DNA from: Octopus vulgaris
Lineage: Eukaryota
DNA length: 64,000 nucleotides
NCBI GenBank assembly: GCA_951406725.2
Contig: OX597830.1
Location: forward strand, 3,224,001-3,288,000
Direction of reading: 5' to 3'
Numbering within the stretch: the first letter of the stretch is position 1; the number at the start of each line of letters is the position of its first letter. Positions 35,715 through 48,296 of this stretch are shown here, in pieces. The notes beneath the pieces are model-generated. The model was not told the origin of the DNA and ran no database searches. It saw nothing but the letters and a program-made list of their open reading frames with translations. Both the position numbers and the translations under genes were made by a program.

Positions 35715-38700
35715 CATCATCATCATCATCATCGTTTAACGTCCGTTTTCCTGCTAGCACAGGTTGGACGGTTCGACCGGGGTCTGGGAAGCCAGGGGCT
35801 GCTCCAGGCTCCAGTCTGATCTGGCAGAGTTTCTACGGCTGGATGCCCTTCCTAACGCCAACCACTCCGTGAGTGTAGTGGGTGCTTTTTACGTGCCACC
35901 TGCACAGGTGCCGGGGGGGTCCGGTATCGGTCACGATCGGTTGGAGCTTTTAACGTGCCAGCGGCATGGAAGCCAGTCAAGGCGGTGCTGGCATCGGCCA
36001 CGTTCGGATAGTGCTTTTTATGTGCCACCGGCACAGGCATCATAACTACTATTTCCATTGATATTTATTTTGACATTCATGTTCATGTACTTGACTCAAC
36101 AGGTCTCCTCAAGCACAGTGGGACGTTCTGGGATCCGGGGTACTTTGAATGGGTAGGGGCTATGCGGAACTGATGCTTGACTACCTCATCCCATGTCTTC
36201 CTGGGTCTACCTCTCCCCTTGATACCTTCAACTGTTTGGGAGTGGCACTTCTTCACACATCTCTCCTCATCCATCCGCAGCATATGACCATACCATCGCA
36301 AGCGTCGCTCTTGCACACCACATCTGATGCTTCTTATATCCAGCATTTCTCTCAGTACACTCTGTCGTGCGTGCACACTGACATTACACATCCGGCGGAT
36401 CATGCTAGCTTCATTTCTTTCAAGTCTACGCATGTCCTCTGCAGTCACAGCCCATGTTTCACTACCGTGAAGCATGGCAGTTTGCACACATGCATCATAC
36501 AATCTACCTTTCGCTCTGAGGGAGAGACCGTTTGTCGCCAGTAGGGGTAGGAGCTTTCTGAACTTTGCCCAGGCTATTCATATTCTAGTGGTGATACTCT
36601 CTGTGCATCCACCTCCACTACTAACTTGGTCACCCAGATAGCGGAAACTATCAACTACTTCTAGTTTCTCTCCCTGGTGTGTGATGGAATCTGTTTTCTG
36701 AGTGTCTGTGGTGTCTATTGTCCCTGTGCATCTGCCGCACATGAAAGCTATCTTATCTGTTAATTTCCCTTTAATGTTGCTGCACCTCTTGTGCGTCCAT
36801 AGCTTACATTGGGTGCATCTTATGGAGTTTCTACCTACACCTTTCCTACAGATTGAGCAGGGCCACCTGCCCGAGGGGGTGTGTGCTGAGTTCGCCTTTC
36901 TGCTTACTATAACTTTGGTCTTTGCTACATTTACTCTAAGGCCCTTTGATTCTAACCCTTGCTTCCACACCCAAAATTTCTTTTCTAGTTCCGGTAGTGA
37001 TTCTGCTATGAGAGCCAGGTCATCAGCATAGAGAAGCTCCCAGGGGCATCCTGTTTTGAATTCCTCTGTTATTGCCTGGAGGACTATGATGAATAAAAGG
37101 GGACTGAGGGCTGCTAGCCTTGGTGTACACCTACTTCTACCCGGAATTCTTCACTATATTCGTTGCCAATCCTAACCTTGCTGACAGCCTCTCTGTATAG
37201 AGCCTGTACAGCCCTTATTAGCCATTCGTCAATCTCCAGTTTCCGCATTGACCACCAGATAAGGGAACGGGGAACCCTGTCAAAGGCTTTCTCCAAGTCC
37301 ACAAAAGCTATGTAGAGGGGTTTATCTTTAGCTAGGTACTTCTCCTGCAGTTGTCGGACCAGGAATATAGCATCAGTGGTGCTCCTACCCGGCACAAAAC
37401 TGAACTGCATTTCATCTAAGCAAATTCTCTCCCTAATGAGATAGGTTATGACCCTCTCTGTGACCTTCATCACCTGATCCAACAGTTTGATACCCCTGTA
37501 GTTATTTCTATCTAGAGCATCACCCTTACCCTTGTAGCAGTTGACTATGGTGCTGCTATGCCAGTCATTGGGTATGACTCCATTATGAACTACCTGGTTT
37601 ACAATGCAGGTGACTAGGCCATAGCCCACATAGCCAGCTGTTTTAAGCATCTCAGCAGTGATTCCTGATGGGCCGGGGGTTTTACCTGGTTTCATATCCT
37701 TAATTGCCTTATCTACAAGGGAGCTGTCTATTCGGGTAGCTGGTCCCTCTACTGGGTCAACATTTGGCAGGCTCTCCTCCTTCCATTCATTCTCCTCATT
37801 CAGCAGTCTTTCATAATGGCTTCTCCAAGTCTCTTTCTTTTCACTAACAGTAAAAGCAAGTGCCCCATCATCCATGCGGACACATTTCTCTCCTGTAACA
37901 TCACTATTTTCTCTGACACACTGTCTGGCAATCCGAAATACCTCAGCTCTTTGGTCCTCACGTCGCTAGGCATTGGCAAACTTCTTCTTTTCTGCTACAT
38001 CTTTGGCTATGTATACCTGCCGCCCAGCCTCCCTTTTGGCTACCTGGTACAGTTCCCTGCTGCCCCCATCCCTCCAGGCTTTCCAGGCCCGTCTCTTTGC
38101 ACTAATGACTTTGTCTACTGCACTATTCCACCACCATGTAACTCTAGGTCTGGAAGGGACTTTGCACCATCCACAGACTCGGTCTGTGGCACTCAGCAAG
38201 CTGTCCCGTAGGAATTCCCAGCTACCTTCTATGTCTGACGTCTGAAGCTCCTCCTCCCTCTCATCAAATTTCTTGATGAGTATGTCCCTAAATCTCTGAC
38301 CATGTGAAGGGTTCTTTAGCTTCCAAATCCTTCTTTTCTGGATTGGTCTGTTTCTTGGAGTCCTTCTGGCCTCAAGCATAAAGTCACTGATGATTAGTCT
38401 ATGCTGAGGGATACATTCTTCACCCGGGAGGGTCTTTGTATTCAAGAGCGACCCTGCATCCCGCTGTCTGGTGAGGATGAAGTCTATTTGGCTAGCAGAG
38501 TCTCCTGACTGATAGGTTATAAGGTGGCAGTCAGGCTTCTTGAAGTTAGTGTTGCAGATTAAAAGGTTACATGCATCACAGAATTCCAGTAGTCTAGTTC
38601 TCTCATCATTTCTGGTGCCAATACCACGGCCACCGTGTACCCCAGTGAAGATACCCGATTCCCGCCCAACATGCCCATTAAAATCTCCACCCACAAAGAT

Positions 38701-38883
38701 GAGGTCCTTGCCACTAGTCTTTGAAGTAGCCTGTAGAAGGGTATCATAAAAGTGGTCCTTCTGATCATTTGGTAGTCCTGCTTGTGGGGCATAGGCGGAG
38801 ATAATCGTAGCTGTGCCACTCTGTAGGACCAACCTGAGCTTAAGCACTCTATCGCAAACCCTGACAACCTCTATGACCTTATC
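35715..38883 (-). mobile_element. RTE-clade LINE copy 3 (different subfamily; APE + RT + intact PHD-like finger; 5'-truncated)
   Basis: ORF pieces 37966-38847 (APE: IISAYAPQ, GDFNGHVG, SQIDFIL), 37114-37875 (RT), 36578-36970 and 36083-36502. In-frame TAG at ~37966, small insertion at ~37113, deletion after DEVVKH. Tail seen as (CAT)n at 35715-35733. Confidence 0.95.
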
Positions 38884-39726
38884 TTTGTCTTCTACAATTT
38901 GTTCCTCGCTCTTGTTAGATCCTGATATTTCTCAAATTTTCAGATTTCTTTAGCATCCACTCTATTACCATTTGGCATTGCAAAGATTACAATCTTACAT
39001 TGTTTATTTCTTTTTTTCTGGTCTTTTTGTTTCAGTAGTTGTGGTCTCAGAAATTCTACAGTTATCTCTTAAACTCATCTAGACACCATTCACCTTCACA
39101 ACCCCTGACTTATATTCACACCATTTTCTGCTACTTTGAATTCATACACACAGTTAACATCCTAATGCAGTCTGTTACCAACAGATTCATGCCTGTGCTT
39201 TACACTCTTTTCCTGTTAGATTACTGCAATCTCTTAAGAGATGATTTACACTTTCATCCCCCTTTTCACAGATTCTGTGTTTGCTGACTAAGTTTTATTA
39301 ATCTTCATATTCATTAAGTTTATCCTAATGGTTTTGTTCCTGAGCAGCTACTTCACTGTAAAACTTTATGACTTTCCAAGTATTTAAGTTATAATCCTTT
39401 TAGAACATTCTTGTGAATCCTGCCTCATTTTTTGGTTTTGGAATATTTTAAGGATGAAGTCTGTTGTACAGTTAATAACAACAACCACAGTAGTTTACTT
39501 CTAAAGGATGGAAAGAAAAGTTGATTCTTTTAAGTTTTTACTAGTAAGACATCAATTAGATATTAAAATTCATTAAATAAATCTTAAACCTTGCAACGGT
39601 TAAAGTTTATAAATTGTCAGAGTATTTGGGTGAATACCTTCAAGTTTTCTATTGACTTTGTAAGGCACTAAGTAACCAAGAAAGATAGTGCATTTTGATT
39701 CACTCAGTGTGTGTGTGTGTGTGTGT

Positions 39727-39895
39727 AGTTGAAATTTACAGAAAAACAAAAGACGAAGACAGGTGTATTAGTTTGACACTCGGGAAGACAAGAAAGTCAT
39801 TTATATTCCGAGCCTATGCTCTTCAACAGAAAGGAACATGAGGAAATAAACAGAGAGAGAATAAAATAACTTTTGGAGTTAGCAGTCAATCATAT
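39727..39895 (-). mobile_element. Short non-autonomous element with degenerate hammerhead motif (39799-39834)
   Basis: Minus strand CTTT-CTGTTGA-A-GAGC-ATAG-GCTC-GGAAT-ATA-AAT has the same GAGC/GCTC stem II as the 42444 and 49682 copies, but the core is mutated. Flanked by (GT)n and (TA)n. Confidence 0.5.
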
Positions 39896-41444
39896 ATATA
39901 TATCAAACCCACAGCTGTTATTGTCACACCTAATTAATAATGTAGTAATAAAATGATTAATAAATACAGTGACACTAAATTAGTAAAAATGTCTTCTAAA
40001 GCCTTTTTTAAGTTTTGCACAAAATATTAATTTTTGAACTTCAAAATAAAATGCTCGCATGCTATTTTTATCTTTTTATCTTAGCTTGTAATCCTTAAAT
40101 TCTGTGGAGATTTTTCATTATTTTTCAATTTTCTTTTTTTACATTTAATCTCAAAAAGTGAGGCAGTATCCAAACATTTTACAGATGCACTTGGTAAGAT
40201 TAATGCAAAAGTGGTTCAGAATACTCACATATTAAAAATCATTAAGAGGACGGACTCATGACCAAAAATGTATATATTTGCTTCCTGGGCCAGAAAGTGA
40301 GTCTTTGAGGAAGGCATTTCCCACAGCTCCAATCTACTCAAGTGAAAAGGAATACCAGCTTCATACTGGTGTAGCCTTCACAGCTTCTCCTTGTTTCATC
40401 AACTAGATGACAGCATAAGAAGTTGATTTAAAATAATATTTATGCTAAGCTGTTAAAACATTTGGTGAGAAGCATATTACATTTATGACAATCTATGACT
40501 GGATTTTCTTTTGGTTGGTATTAACCTTCCAATAAAAGTGATGAGGTTTAAGAAATTTATTGCATTCCAGCAATTAGTATTAATAGCATGAATTTCTTCA
40601 TTTAAAGACACAGCCTACAGTAAAAGACTTAATTTTTATTGGAAGATGTTAGCATTCTAAATGCATGAGATATGCTTCCTGAAACAACTTCAGCTGCAAT
40701 AACAGAAAAACCTTTATATTGCAAAATTATTTATATAAGACTTTCTTGTATAGAAATGGCTGATAAATAATCCTCACAAACAGAAAATGAAATTTCTATA
40801 CGATTTCAGAAAAGCAAGAAGAATGGTATTCTTCTATATATCTTTGGTGATGACTATAGAAAAGCTGCGTACTATATATTATCAGAAGTTTCATTAAAGT
40901 CAAATGCGAAAGCAAAGCTTTTATGCAAAACTCAGAATGAAGTGGATCATTTATTTGTGAAAGAAAGACAGGGAATTCTCTGGAGATTACTTGAGGTTTT
41001 GTTTTGACAGTTTCCTGTTAAATTCCATAATGAATATTCATCTGCTGTTCTTTTGATTGTCCAAAGACATGTCCAGTATGGCACCAATTCCTCTATCATT
41101 GCTTTACGCATGATTAAATACAGCCTTTCTTTTGATAATCATAAATCTAATGCTCAATATTAAAGAATGTATTACACATAAGCTCCAAATACTTCGGAAC
41201 AAAATATTACAACACCAACAAAATATGATTTTCTGCAAATCCATTGCAAGGAATATTTTGTAAACAAAGTATTTTAACATTTCATTGTAACAACTTTCAT
41301 TGTACTAACATTGGTCGTTGCAACTCTAAGTTTATAGACTTGAGAAGAGAGAAAAAGCATTTGGGTGACTGTGTTCCACATCTGTGAAGAAGACAACTTT
41401 GGCAGGCACTTGTCTGAGGGCATGTGTGTGTATATATATATAGA

Positions 41445-42305
41445 GAGAGAGACGATTGCACTGGTATGGTCATGTGGCGAGAATGGATGAAGATAGGTGT
41501 GTGAGAAAGTGCCAATCCCTAGCAGTTGAGGGAACCCGTGGAAGAGGTAGACCCAGGAAAACCTGGGTCGAGGTGGTGAAGCACGACCTTCGAACGTTAG
41601 GTCTCACCATGGAAATGACTAGAGACCGAAACCTATGGAAGTATGCTGTGCGTGAGAAGACCCGGCAAGACTAGTGAAGCCATAACCCATGGCCCCTACC
41701 TGGGACGTAGTCAGTCCACCTGTGCATACCTTCCTGCTTGTGACACTTGTGAAGACCTGTTGAGGCAAGTGAAAGTCAAATCGAAGTCAAATCGAATCAA
41801 ATCAAACCAATCAAAATAGATGAACATCAATGGAATTTGTATCCTTGTGGTACCAGTGCCGGTGGCACATAAGAAAACCATCCGAACGGGACCGTAGCCA
41901 GTACCGCATCGACTGGCCGCCGTGCTGTGGGCACGTAACAAACACCATCCGATCATAGCCGTTCGCCAGCCTCGTCTGGCACCTGTGTCGGTGGCACATA
42001 AGAAAACACCGAAAACACCATCCGAGCGTGGCCATCTGCCAGCCTCGTCTGGCACCTGTGTAGGTGGCACATAAAAAACACCATCCGAGCATGGCCGTCT
42101 GCCAGCCTCGTCTGGCACCTGTGTAGGTGGCACATAAAATCACCCACTACACTCTCGGAGTGGTTGGCGTTAGGAAGGGCATCCAGCTGTAGAAACACTG
42201 CCAGATCTGACTGGTCTGGTGCAGCCTTCGGGCTTGCCAGACCCCAGTTGAACCGTCCAACCCATGCTAGCATGGAAAGCGGACGTTAAACGATGATGAT
42301 GATGA

Positions 42306-42309
<4 letters not shown>
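41445..42309 (+). mobile_element. RTE LINE 3' fragment (young-looking)
   Basis: Clean C-terminal frame WYGHVARMDEDRCVRKC...RGRPRKTW...REKTRQD*, 3' UTR subrepeats with many intact CpGs, and a (GAT)n tail running into (TA)n. Confidence 0.92.
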
Positions 42310-42344
<35 letters not shown>

Positions 42345-42346
<2 letters not shown>

Positions 42347-42540
42347 GAATCCAAACAAAGAAGAACAAACAAGAAAAAGCAATAATGCGAGAACGTGGTA
42401 CAAGTACTGTATTATCAGACGCTCAGGAAAGGGAGGAAAGAGGATTTAACGTTTCGAGCCAAGCTCTTCATCAGAAATAGAGGAAAGTCCAAAGGAAAGG
42501 AAGACGGGGGAAGAAAATCGCTAACGATACACACATGGGT
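42345..42540 (-). mobile_element. ~195-bp non-autonomous element carrying a hammerhead motif (Penelope-like/retrozyme-like)
   Basis: Colinear with 49615-49817 in the opposite orientation. Both copies sit in (TA)n tracts. Confidence 0.7.
42444..42478 (-). ncRNA. Minimal Type-I hammerhead ribozyme motif, intact core
   Basis: Minus strand ATTT-CTGATGA-A-GAGC-TTG-GCTC-GAAAC-GTT-AAAT: CUGAUGA and GAAA boxes, 4-bp stem II, palindromic loop-less stem III (ACGU), 4-bp stem I. Confidence 0.7.
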
Positions 42541-42807
42541 ACATACATATATATATATATAGGTTAGGGTTATATATGTATATATAAAACAAATGATACA
42601 AATGGAAAATCGTTGTGAGCAGTAAAGTTTCTCATATATTTCATTTTCCCTCTTTATCATTTGTTATGCACTCTGCATACACTGAGGAATTCCTGATGTA
42701 GATCCAGCAACAATTGTATAAATACCATGGGTGACATCAGGTAGCCATAAGCAGAGAACATACTTTATCGGCTTACTACTAGAAACATATCCTTAAATAT
42801 TTAATTT

Positions 42808-42845
<38 letters not shown>

Positions 42846-43264
42846 TTTATGTATATCTATATATATACACACACACACACACAGAGTTTATAGGTTATTA
42901 AGGCTCCCATTGATCTCCCATGATCTGTATTTTTAGTAATTTATCACAAAATTCAATAAAGTCACATTTAGTTATGTGTGTTCTTGTCCAAAATGGAGAC
43001 AGGCACCAACCTTTCATGTTTGATAATTATAGAGAAATTTCTCACAACATGAAACCAATGGTAGCCTTGTCAACCCACAAATAAGCAATATTTATTCCCC
43101 AATATAATGTTGAGCACTAATTTTTATTGTTCAATATTAGTGTGTGTGTGTGTATACATATATATGTATATATATATATATATATATATACATACATATA
43201 TATTGTGTACATACATGCACACACACATACGTATATATTGTATACATACAGTTTATTTGTAGGT

Positions 43265-43640
43265 TAACAGGTGTGGTTGTGTGGTAAGTAACTTGCTTAC
43301 CAACCAAATTGTTCCTGGTTCAGTTCCACTGCATGTCACATTTTGTCAGTGTCTTCTACTATAGCTTTGGGCTGACCAAAGACTTATCAGTAGATTTGGT
43401 AGATGGAAACTGAAAGAAGCCCGTCATATGTGTATGTGTTTATGTGTCTCTGTTTGTCCCCCTACCATCGCTTGACAACCAACGCTGATGTGTTTATGTC
43501 CCTGTAAGTTAGCAGTTCTGTAAAAGAGAATGATAGAATAAGAGACAAAGAATAAGTCCTGGGGTTGATTTGTTCAACTAAAGGCAGTGCTCCAGCATGG
43601 TCACAGTCAAATGACTGAAACAAATAAGAGTAAAAGAGTG
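43265..43640 (+). mobile_element. SINE family A, full-length
   Basis: tRNA-like head, CORE-like segment, (GT)n linker and tail ...tgctccagcatggtcacagtcaaatgactgaaacaaataagagtaaaagag. Confidence 0.85.
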
Positions 43641-43717
43641 TGTGCGTGTGTGTGTGTGTGTGTATGTGTGTATATACATTGATAGATATAGATATACACA
43701 CGCATATATATATTGTG

Positions 43718-43748
<31 letters not shown>

Positions 43749-45217
43749 TGTATACGAATACACATACATAGGTTTTGTGTATAGGTACCAGAAAGATGAA
43801 AGCTAAAGTTGACGTCAGTTGGGGAGTGAAGTCAGAAGAGATGAAGCTGCAATAAAAGCCCCAATCCATTTCATTTTGCCGCCCACACTGACACATAATG
43901 TCTAATAGCTTTGTTTTAATTTTAGTTCTAAGTACGTTACTGAGGTGATTCTTTGAGATTTGCACTGAAACAATGTGCTATTGAATAAGAATCGTACAGT
44001 TATGTATGAAATAACTGACAGCCTTGGCCTATGAGTAATAATGTGGACGGAGTTGTAACAACATCGGGGGATGTGGAAGTAAGACATAATTATCTTCAAA
44101 ATGCCTGGCAGAATCATTACTGGCATTTCATTCATCTTCGTACTTTGAGTTCAAAATCCACCAAGGTCGACTTTGCCTTTGATTCCCTTGGGGCCAATAA
44201 AATAAGTACCAATTTAGCACTGTGGTCAATGTAATCTTCTTACCTGCTCCTTTGAAATTCTTGGCGTTGTGGTAAAATTTGAAATCCTTGTTTATATTAT
44301 TTGTTACAAAAGTTGTGAGCTGGCAGAATTCTCAGCAGACCAGCCAAATGTTTAGCGGCATTTCATATGTCTTTACATTCTGAGTTCAAATTCCAACATA
44401 ATAAGTACGAGTTGAGTACTAAGGTCGATGCAATCACCTTACCACCTCCTTCACACTTGCTGACCTCATGCCAAGATCTGAAATGTTCCAAAACTAGAAC
44501 TGTTCAAGTCAATGGAAGTGCATTTAAGGTATATACTAAGGAGTGTGAAGAGTTTAGTCGGTCATCTTGTCCTTCTTCCCTCTTTTCTGTCATTTAGTGA
44601 ATGTCATTCTTTAAAAGCTACACAAAATATGTTTTAATATTTGTTTTCCTGAAGACAGTCACCTGGCAGAATCATTAGCATGCTGGCAAAATGCTTTACA
44701 GCTTTTTGCCTTTATGCTCTGAGTTCAGATTCTGCCAAACTTGACTTTTCCTTTCACCCTTTCGTGGTTGATAAAATGTCAATCCAACACTGGGGTTGAT
44801 GTATTTGATTTACCTCCTCATCCAAAATTGCTGGCCTTGTGCCAAAATTTGAACGCACTCTTTTCTTGCAGCTGGTTTCTTTTAAAACTTCATTTTTCCT
44901 ATTCCTCTCTGTTTTCTCAGAGAGACATTATAGTAGCTAAATATCCCTAAAAAAACACCCTTATTGCCTGAAAAAGTAAACTCAACACATTATTAAATGT
45001 ACTCCTAGATACTCATAATAACCCGAGATTGTCATAACTGGTATTCCTTCCATCATAAACCTGTTTAAGAAGAATCAATCTGGGCCTAAACAATGATGAC
45101 AACAGCAATAATAATCTTCCAATATTAAAAGTGAACACAGACTGTTTTAGGATCAGCCAACTTTCTCTACCCCTCTGAAGCAGGCAAGTTTATAATTTTG
45201 CTTCCCCATTGACTAAA

Positions 45218-45609
45218 TCTCTCTCTATATAAAGCTGAAGTTGTCTGTGTATGGCAGGTTTGGTAGCCTTCAACTAACACTATCTTCTCCAAGATCCTGC
45301 GGTGCAAGTTGACTAAAATTGAGAGTATGATAGAAGAAGGCTTGCTCTTCCTTCTGAAGAAAAAATAATTCAAATCGGACCATGTTAACAACAAAAATTA
45401 TTTACACCAAAAAGGCGCTTTTTTCTATGAAAATCCCTATTTTTTACGATTTTTTTTACTGCTGTATCGCTATTTTTTGGCATATTTCAACCACAAAAAT
45501 GTTCACTTAAAGAGAATAACAAGCTACATAATCCAAAATTTTTATTTTTCAAAAATTCCAATTCTAAAAGTTCGAAACAAACCCAAGCAACGCCGGGCGA
45601 TACTGCTAG
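45218..45609 (+). mobile_element. Non-autonomous Helitron (~390 bp)
   Basis: Starts TC after an A (45217/45218) and ends with the hairpin cccaagcaacgccggg plus CTAG (45606-45609) before a T. A|T insertion site with no TSD. Confidence 0.85.
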
Positions 45610-47849
45610 TTATTAAATAAAATCAAAAATGTTCGCTTTTTTAGTATATTTTTCATTGTGAGAATTGATTATACATGACCAGATTTAAAAAAAAATACTT
45701 TAATTCTAATCTAATTTTATCTAATTTTAGGCAGAGTTTTCAACTGTTTTGCTTCACACAGTTGTTGTTGTTGTTGTTATTATCCCCGTAATTTTGTGGA
45801 AAACTGGGTTCTTCAATTTGTTTAGACTATATTTCTTGAAGTAAATTTTGACAACTTCCCCTTTAGGCTCTTCTCAAATTACATCAAAACTTTATAGTGT
45901 AAAAACATGGATTTGTTTTCCTTTTATTTTTATTCTCAGAATATGAAGGGAAACATTGCAAGGTGCCTCTTTTAGTTTTGGTAGGTTTTATTGATTTGCA
46001 GCATTGAAATTCAAAAGAAATTTTATTGGCAGATCTACACCGAGTATAATTATGTGAAGGATATATTCTGTTTTTCACAAGTGTTGTTAGTTCTGTTAAA
46101 ATAAAACTGCAAACACTGGATTGTGTTGACAATATTTATAAGTGGTGCTAACAGATCAATTGATGGGAAACTGAAGCATTGCATTTTTGATTCCAATAAG
46201 CCAGTTCCAAAACTTCCATATACTTGAATTATGTTTATATATTACATTATGCTTCTAGTTCAATTGTATCACCGAAAAATACAGCAATATTTATGTATTC
46301 TCTGACTGGTAATTTCTATTGTTTGTATCCATGAAATTCCTGGAGGCGAAAAGAATGTTAGTGTGGACTAGAAATATGACAGACAGGAAATATGGTAAAA
46401 GAATTACTGCAAAGAAAAGTGGACTACAGCAAATTTATTCTAATTTCTTGGTTTAGGAAATGATTTGGCATTTAAAGTTATGAAAAATTCATAAGGTGAT
46501 AAATATCAAATCTAAAAGCGTCACTTGTCTTTTGTTAGAGTTCTTTTGTTTGTCATAATTTAGCTGCCATCTTGGCTTCTTTTCGGAGCTTTGTATCAAC
46601 AAAAGCTAGTTTATTCCCTGTCATTTACTTTGATATCATTATCTACTTAACTCAACTTGTTGGAGTAAACTAAAATAAAGTCTATTATCTCATTGACACT
46701 TTCTCTTTTCTTCATCAATAATATTTTGTTTATCACTGCTATCTCTCTACCACCCTTAGACATAACACTTTACTCTTCCTCGGCAGCATTTCAAATCCAA
46801 TAATCTGTCAGCTGCTAATATTCTCAGCTCTTTTGCCTGACATTCCCATTCTCAGGCAAAGAAAGATTTTTATTTTATTAAAACTTACATTTGGGGCAGT
46901 GAATTTGGTAATATTTAATTAATACCAATCACACAACAAGGAGAAAGCTCTGAGGATCTGGCTGAGGAGATAGGCCACATGTCACAACTGTCACATGATC
47001 ACATGTCATATGATCGCAGCTGATGAAGTGGTAATTCCCAGACCAGGGGACTAACTGGGACACTGCTCAGAGGATTGCCTGGGATGATCCCAGCAAATAC
47101 TGACTAATGTTGACTGCAGCAATGCACAGCAACAACGCATGTCCCCATGCCTAACCTGACCTGGCATATTAGTTCAGGAGAGGAGAGAATCCTATCCTTG
47201 TTCTTCAAGGAAACCCAACTGATTCAAAAGATCCCGGTTTACTACTTCCACCAGAAGCATAGAAAGACAGAACCTTATAGTTGGTCACCTTGCTAGAAAT
47301 AGCAACCAAATTCCATAAAATAAAATGATACCCTACTATGTTAAGTAATGTAATTCTATGAAAACCTTAGAAAGAAAAAGCAATGGTCACAGCTTGTATA
47401 TCTTTTCATCATTGATCTGTTTGAGCAGGGTTTGGCCTAGGGCTAAATAATTTGCATAGAAACAACAACAAGGGATATGAATCATAAGAAATTTCAGAAG
47501 CTGCAGTCAGTCTTTGCTCCTAGAGGGGACGTAACACTCTTCAGATCTTTCTTCTTTCTCCAGATATTTCCTCTCCAAACACAACTACAAACCCCACCCA
47601 CACTCCACTACCCCATCCCAATACAGACTTCCTCATTAAACCTAGCAATATCCAAAATCTCAATGGCTTATTCTGCTCACTGTTTCATCCCCAAACTCTT
47701 AACACTCAATTTACTTGTTATATTCCTTTGGTCAAAGTGAATCATTGTTCCATTTATTGATGTTTAGCGAGAGAGTGAATCACCAACAAGACAGATAGAG
47801 AGAGGGGGGGGCGGAGGAAGAAGAAAAGCAAAGGGTAAAAAGAAAGAGA

Positions 47850-47885
<36 letters not shown>

Positions 47886-48016
47886 TGTTGAAAACTGATG
47901 ACTGATAGGACTATGAATATTAAAATGTTGAGGATAAGTAAAAGGAGATGCATAACGTCTGAATCTGTTCTAAATGTGTTTCTTTTCAATTTTGAAGAAT
48001 CTTAAAATATATGATG

Positions 48017-48209
48017 TTGTGTCTGGGGAGAGTCATTTGCTTTTTGTGTCTTATAATGTAACAAACTCACCAGTAAAATATCCACTTTTTTCTTATTTTT
48101 ATTTTCCTAAAATTTTCATTGCATTTTGCAACCTTAACTAGTTTTGACTCTCTTGGTGACTGTGTTACATTATAAGGCACAAAAAGAAAAGGACTCTCCC
48201 CAGACACAA
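48017..48209. mobile_element. MITE/fold-back with 56-bp inverted arms
   Basis: 48017-48072 vs reverse complement of 48154-48209 (ttgtgtctggggagagtc.ttt.ctttttgtg.cttataatgtaaca.a.tcacca). Confidence 0.82.
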
Positions 48210-48296
48210 TAGAATATGCTTTAACACACGAACTCATATAAAGAATCTTGCAAACCAAATATAAAAACGAAATAAAATATATGAGATATTTTTAAA

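Noticed and set aside
11625-38749. Antisense ORFs over the RTE copies (e.g. 12460-12753, 25399-25818, 36702-37031, 37973-38245)
   Set aside because: Shadow frames of the RT/APE coding strand; their recurrence reflects the repeat itself.
35706-38886. Target-site duplication for RTE copy 3 (atcttt at both ends)
   Set aside because: Only 3-6 bp and it overlaps element sequence and tail, so it cannot be distinguished from microhomology.
41855-42140. CRISPR-like repeat-spacer array in the RTE 3' UTR
   Set aside because: The whole units are homologous tandem subrepeats with no unique spacers, the context is a eukaryotic LINE, and no cas genes are present.
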